Shown in pieces: positions 46,452 through 50,174 of a stretch of DNA of 50,174 nt. The number at the start of each line of letters is the position of its first letter. Positions within the stretch are counted from its first letter, which is position 1. The DNA lies in the NCBI GenBank assembly GCA_017499595.2, contig JAFIQS020000017.1, positions 62,001-112,174 of the forward strand. Reading direction: 5' to 3'. The DNA comes from Psilocybe cubensis (taxonomy: Eukaryota). Below the pieces are notes generated by a model. That model did no database searches. It had not been told where the DNA came from and saw only the letters and a list, made by a program, of their open reading frames with translations. A program made the position numbers and the translations under genes.

Positions 46452-47815
46452 TCAAACATGACTTATTTTAGAGGGTACATCGTCAATACTCTTCGCTCTC
46501 CAAAATTCGCCTGTTGAGTTCAGTTGTTCTTCATTCTCAATACTGACTGGCGAAATGATGGGTCTTGCATTGCAGAGGTTATCGCTACGTGTACCCCAAC
46601 TGCACCACCGCGTTGGCCCATCAAATTGTAGTCCAGAAATGTGGGAAATTGCGGCCGCCACAGTGGCTGGCCTACTGGATGCGGTCAAAGCTAGTCTGGC
46701 AACCAGTATTGTCGGCGCCATGCCCTATACATGTCTTAGGACCATACACACATGGGACAACCCTTGAAGGTATTAAGTACCCACCGAACATACAGTGAGA
46801 ATTGCCCTGACATAGTAGCTTGCCTGGAGTACAGGGGACCCAGCTGTGTTGAATGACGGAACGACGGCCATGACAGCGTAGACGATGAGCAGAATAGAAT
46901 AGAGGGCTGCAGACTCGAGTAGCATCACTATAATATTATTCAGCTTTCTCTCCGACGTGAATCTATGACCCATTTCCTTGACATAGTGGTGGATTCGGTA
47001 TCCGATCGCGAACGTCGTGCTGACGGTTGTTGCCAGCGATGCAAAGAGCAACGCGCTCGTGATGCTATGGCAAAGTCGGAATTTTGCGTCACTGCTCATT
47101 GAGCTGTTGATTCCGTCTAAAAGCGTGATAGCGAACGAGAGACCTAGATTACCATTCAATCAGAGAAAATATATGTCGATGATGGACTCGATTACACACC
47201 ACATTCAACTACCAGTAGAAAAGATGGGACAACAATAATCCTCCATGATTTACCCCATACGTGATAACATCTCCAAATCTGAGGTGGTTTTCAGTAAATC
47301 TGGAGATAAAGCATGAAGTTCCCTTGCAGCGTACCAAGAGCACGTCCGATACCACAAATAAGCAATAAAACAGAAAATTGTTGAGAACCCACATCCATCT
47401 CTTTCCTCCAACAATAATCCAGTTAAAAATACTTTCTCTGGTGTCTCCATTTGACACTATGAGAAAATTGAGAAAGTACCATTGAAGTAGGCAGTCTAAA
47501 AAGCATAGGAAGTAAAGCACAGAAATTGCCGATATGACAATGTGGCCCGTTGACTTCAAAGACATTTTGGACACTGTGGAACTCTTAGCATGTAGCATAC
47601 CAACGAGTAGGAGAAATCCAGGTTACTGTAAAGGTACATGGTTCCACCGTACACCATCGTGTATATTCCTGAGTTAAAGTTAGCATATCAACAACATCGT
47701 AGATCAAAACAGAGAGCAGACCCATCAGAATGAAGAATAAAATGACTGAATTGAGGTTCGCACTGATTCTACCATCCTCAACAGTGGCTGAAGACTGGGT
47801 ACTGGATGTAGGCAT
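46452..47815 (-). CDS. Agaricomycete-type 7-transmembrane protein, paralog 4
   Basis: LNSVILFFILMG, IYTMVYGGTMYLY, SDVLL|IWRCYHVW, LLESAALYSI, GMAPTILVARL. Confidence 0.85.
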
Positions 47816-48647
47816 CCTAATAGAGGTTATGAGGTATTACAAAAGATGCTCTGGTGAAGTAGGCCCTTTATATAAGAAAATATATTGGACTGTTAAGATA
47901 TATGGTAGACCCTGCTTGTTCATGGACCAGTTATCTTATTTTAAACACCACGAAAAGTCATGTGTGACACTTCTGTATGTATGAGAAGGTACCCCAGATA
48001 TGCCAATAAGCTGTATAAGGGTACTATTTACAGTCAGCTACAACCATCCGAGTATAATCGATGCCATTGTACAGGTCCAAGGAATGAACTGAGTCCTGAG
48101 TCTATCCAGGCTGCTACCCCCACAGTAATTGCATGACTCAGCATACGTCAAATACACAATTCCAACACGAAGAACGTCACCATGTTCAGCTATACCAGTG
48201 TCGTCGCACTCGGCCAGGGGGTCTGTGCTTATACGAACTATGTCAACTTGAAATGAATAACACCATGGCAGCCGGTCTGTACAACTCAGCATTGTGCAAC
48301 GTATACGCCATGGAGTCTTTAGAAACAACTTTAGGGACATCGTGACCATGTGAGACGGGCAATACGACTGTGATATGATGTTGGGAACTTGTTTAGTGGA
48401 TAAAAACAAGCGTGTCAACAAATATAGAGCAAGGATCGCCAACCTTGGGCTAAAATTAAATACGTCCGAGGATCTCTAGTGCGGTAGCCCTCTGCGCTGA
48501 TTATTTGGTGATAATCCTGTGGAAAACCTCGAAATCTTTATCCCAAGTTACATTTTGCTATAGTAATCACATAGCTTAATGCAAAAATGTTTAGATAGTC
48601 CCTCTTTGTTATTTCCGACGCGGTGACATGTAAGAGCACCAGAGTGG

Positions 48648-49872
48648 CTAGCCACTACTAGAACTTTCTTCATCCCCACGATCCCCAGTTTTAGAGGTGA
48701 ATTGCAGACCGGAAATATTGCCGATGGTTCCCGACGAAGCCGTAGTACTTCCACCAGTAAGTGCAAGCCTCGCAACCATAACGGTTGGTGCCAGTCCCTA
48801 CAGGAACTCATCAACATTGCCTTTTCTCAACCCTGAAGTGGGCTACATACCGCGGAAATTGACAAAACTGCACCAACGTAGTACGTTGCCTGAATCGACG
48901 GCAACTGGAAGTTTTGCAACTGGGGAATTACCCCAGTCATGGCATAAACCAGGAGGACAAGTGAGTAGAAGGAGGACGATTCTACAATTGTTACAACAAT
49001 GCGCTTATAAGCTGCTCTCGAACCGAGGATGTTGTTTTTGGAGGCGCTGTGGATTTTGTACCCGATGAGTGAGGTTGCGCATACCGTAGTCCCAAGTGAC
49101 ACGAAAGCCAGTGTTGTAGCAATGTTATTGAACATGTACGTATTGGATTCACTGGTCAGTGAAGGTAACATCGCGTCCAGTACGGTTGTTGTTATGGTTA
49201 GGGCTGCATATTATAATAAATTACAATGTAATATCCATTTATACACGTGGTAGAGACGAAACATACCAATTTCTGCAATCAACAAAAACACAGGAATCGC
49301 TATAACCTTACGAGAGTCACCCCAGACGTGGTAGCATCGCCAAATCTGCGGAATGTTGATGAGCATATCATAACTATTTCAAATCGTCAAGAGGATCATG
49401 CCAGAAGTCCATCGGCCACAATGAGCAAAGAACTGAACAGGAAATTATCCACTGCTTGATACCACACAGGTCCTTGTAGAGAAGACCAAAAGATGGTATC
49501 TCTGGTGATCCCATAGGTGATGAACGACCAATCTAGGAAGTACCACTCCAAAATTGTGTCGGCCAAAGTAAGTAGGTACAATGTCGATATCATTGCAATA
49601 ACGACGCGGCGACTTTTGTTCGAGGATTTCCTGGACCCTGCAGTTGAAATTAGGAAGGGAAAAGCATAAATGCGCGCCAGTTTCTCACAGTAAAGGTACA
49701 ACGTTCCGCCATATACAACCGTGTACACCCCTATGTCTGAATCAATATACAGCAAATCTGTGGGTTAATAACACACACCCAGCAATAAATTAACCAGCAT
49801 TGAGGCGTTCAGGCTCGCGCTTAGTGTATATCCTTCAACAGTAGATGAAGGGAAACTGTCAGAGCTAGACAT
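48648..49872 (-). CDS. Agaricomycete-type 7-transmembrane protein, paralog 5
   Basis: LNASMLVNLLLG, VYTVVYGGTLYLY, ADGLL|IWRCYHVW, IVESSSFYSL, GLAPTVMVARL; one intron has a GC donor. Confidence 0.82.
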
Positions 49873-50174
49873 GGTGGAAATGTTCAGTATGAGAATGTAA
49901 GTGTACAACGACTCGAATTAAATATCTGACTCTGAACAGTGGCTGCGCAAGGCACAAGTTCGCATTATGTACAAACTGGTACCCAACAATCAAGAAAATG
50001 CCTCGCATAACTGTTTCTACGACAAACTGAGACCTCTCCTCGCATGCGATCAGGAATACAGCTGTCCATTCTTAACAAACCACAAAGCCAGTATATTATT
50101 ACGTTCCAGAGAGGTGATATGGGTAGCATAAACTAAGTTGCCGCTTGTACATCAGTCTGCCCGATAATCTCAAT

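Overview
Intron-rich fungal genomic DNA, most likely from an agaric basidiomycete (inferred from gene families and short GT-AG introns). From left to right: (1) A Ty3/Gypsy chromovirus on the minus strand (<1..9177). Its gag-protease, a 182-codon spacer and pol lie in one reading frame broken by only two stop codons. A >=557-codon third ORF follows pol; the ORF track missed it because it runs off the window. (2) The retroelement has inserted into one arm of a 748-bp near-perfect inverted repeat, formed by two opposed copies of a CACTA-like non-autonomous DNA element. (3) A small TA-flanked MITE. (4) A 3-exon secreted Kex2-processed repeat-peptide (KEP) precursor whose peptides end in Trp. (5) An intronless CE15 glucuronoyl esterase and an intronless stand-alone DIRS/Ngaro-type RNase H. 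(6) A TAC..GTA element with a 6-bp TSD (IS3EU-like) carrying a nested TIR element. (7) An FtsJ-like methyltransferase with a premature stop. (8) A diverged tandem duplication of an orphan gene. (9) Five paralogous 7-transmembrane genes on the minus strand, interleaved with a low-complexity gene bearing an amyloid-motif-like N-terminus, arginyl-tRNA synthetase and a cytochrome P450. Exon models were read by eye and no database search was possible.
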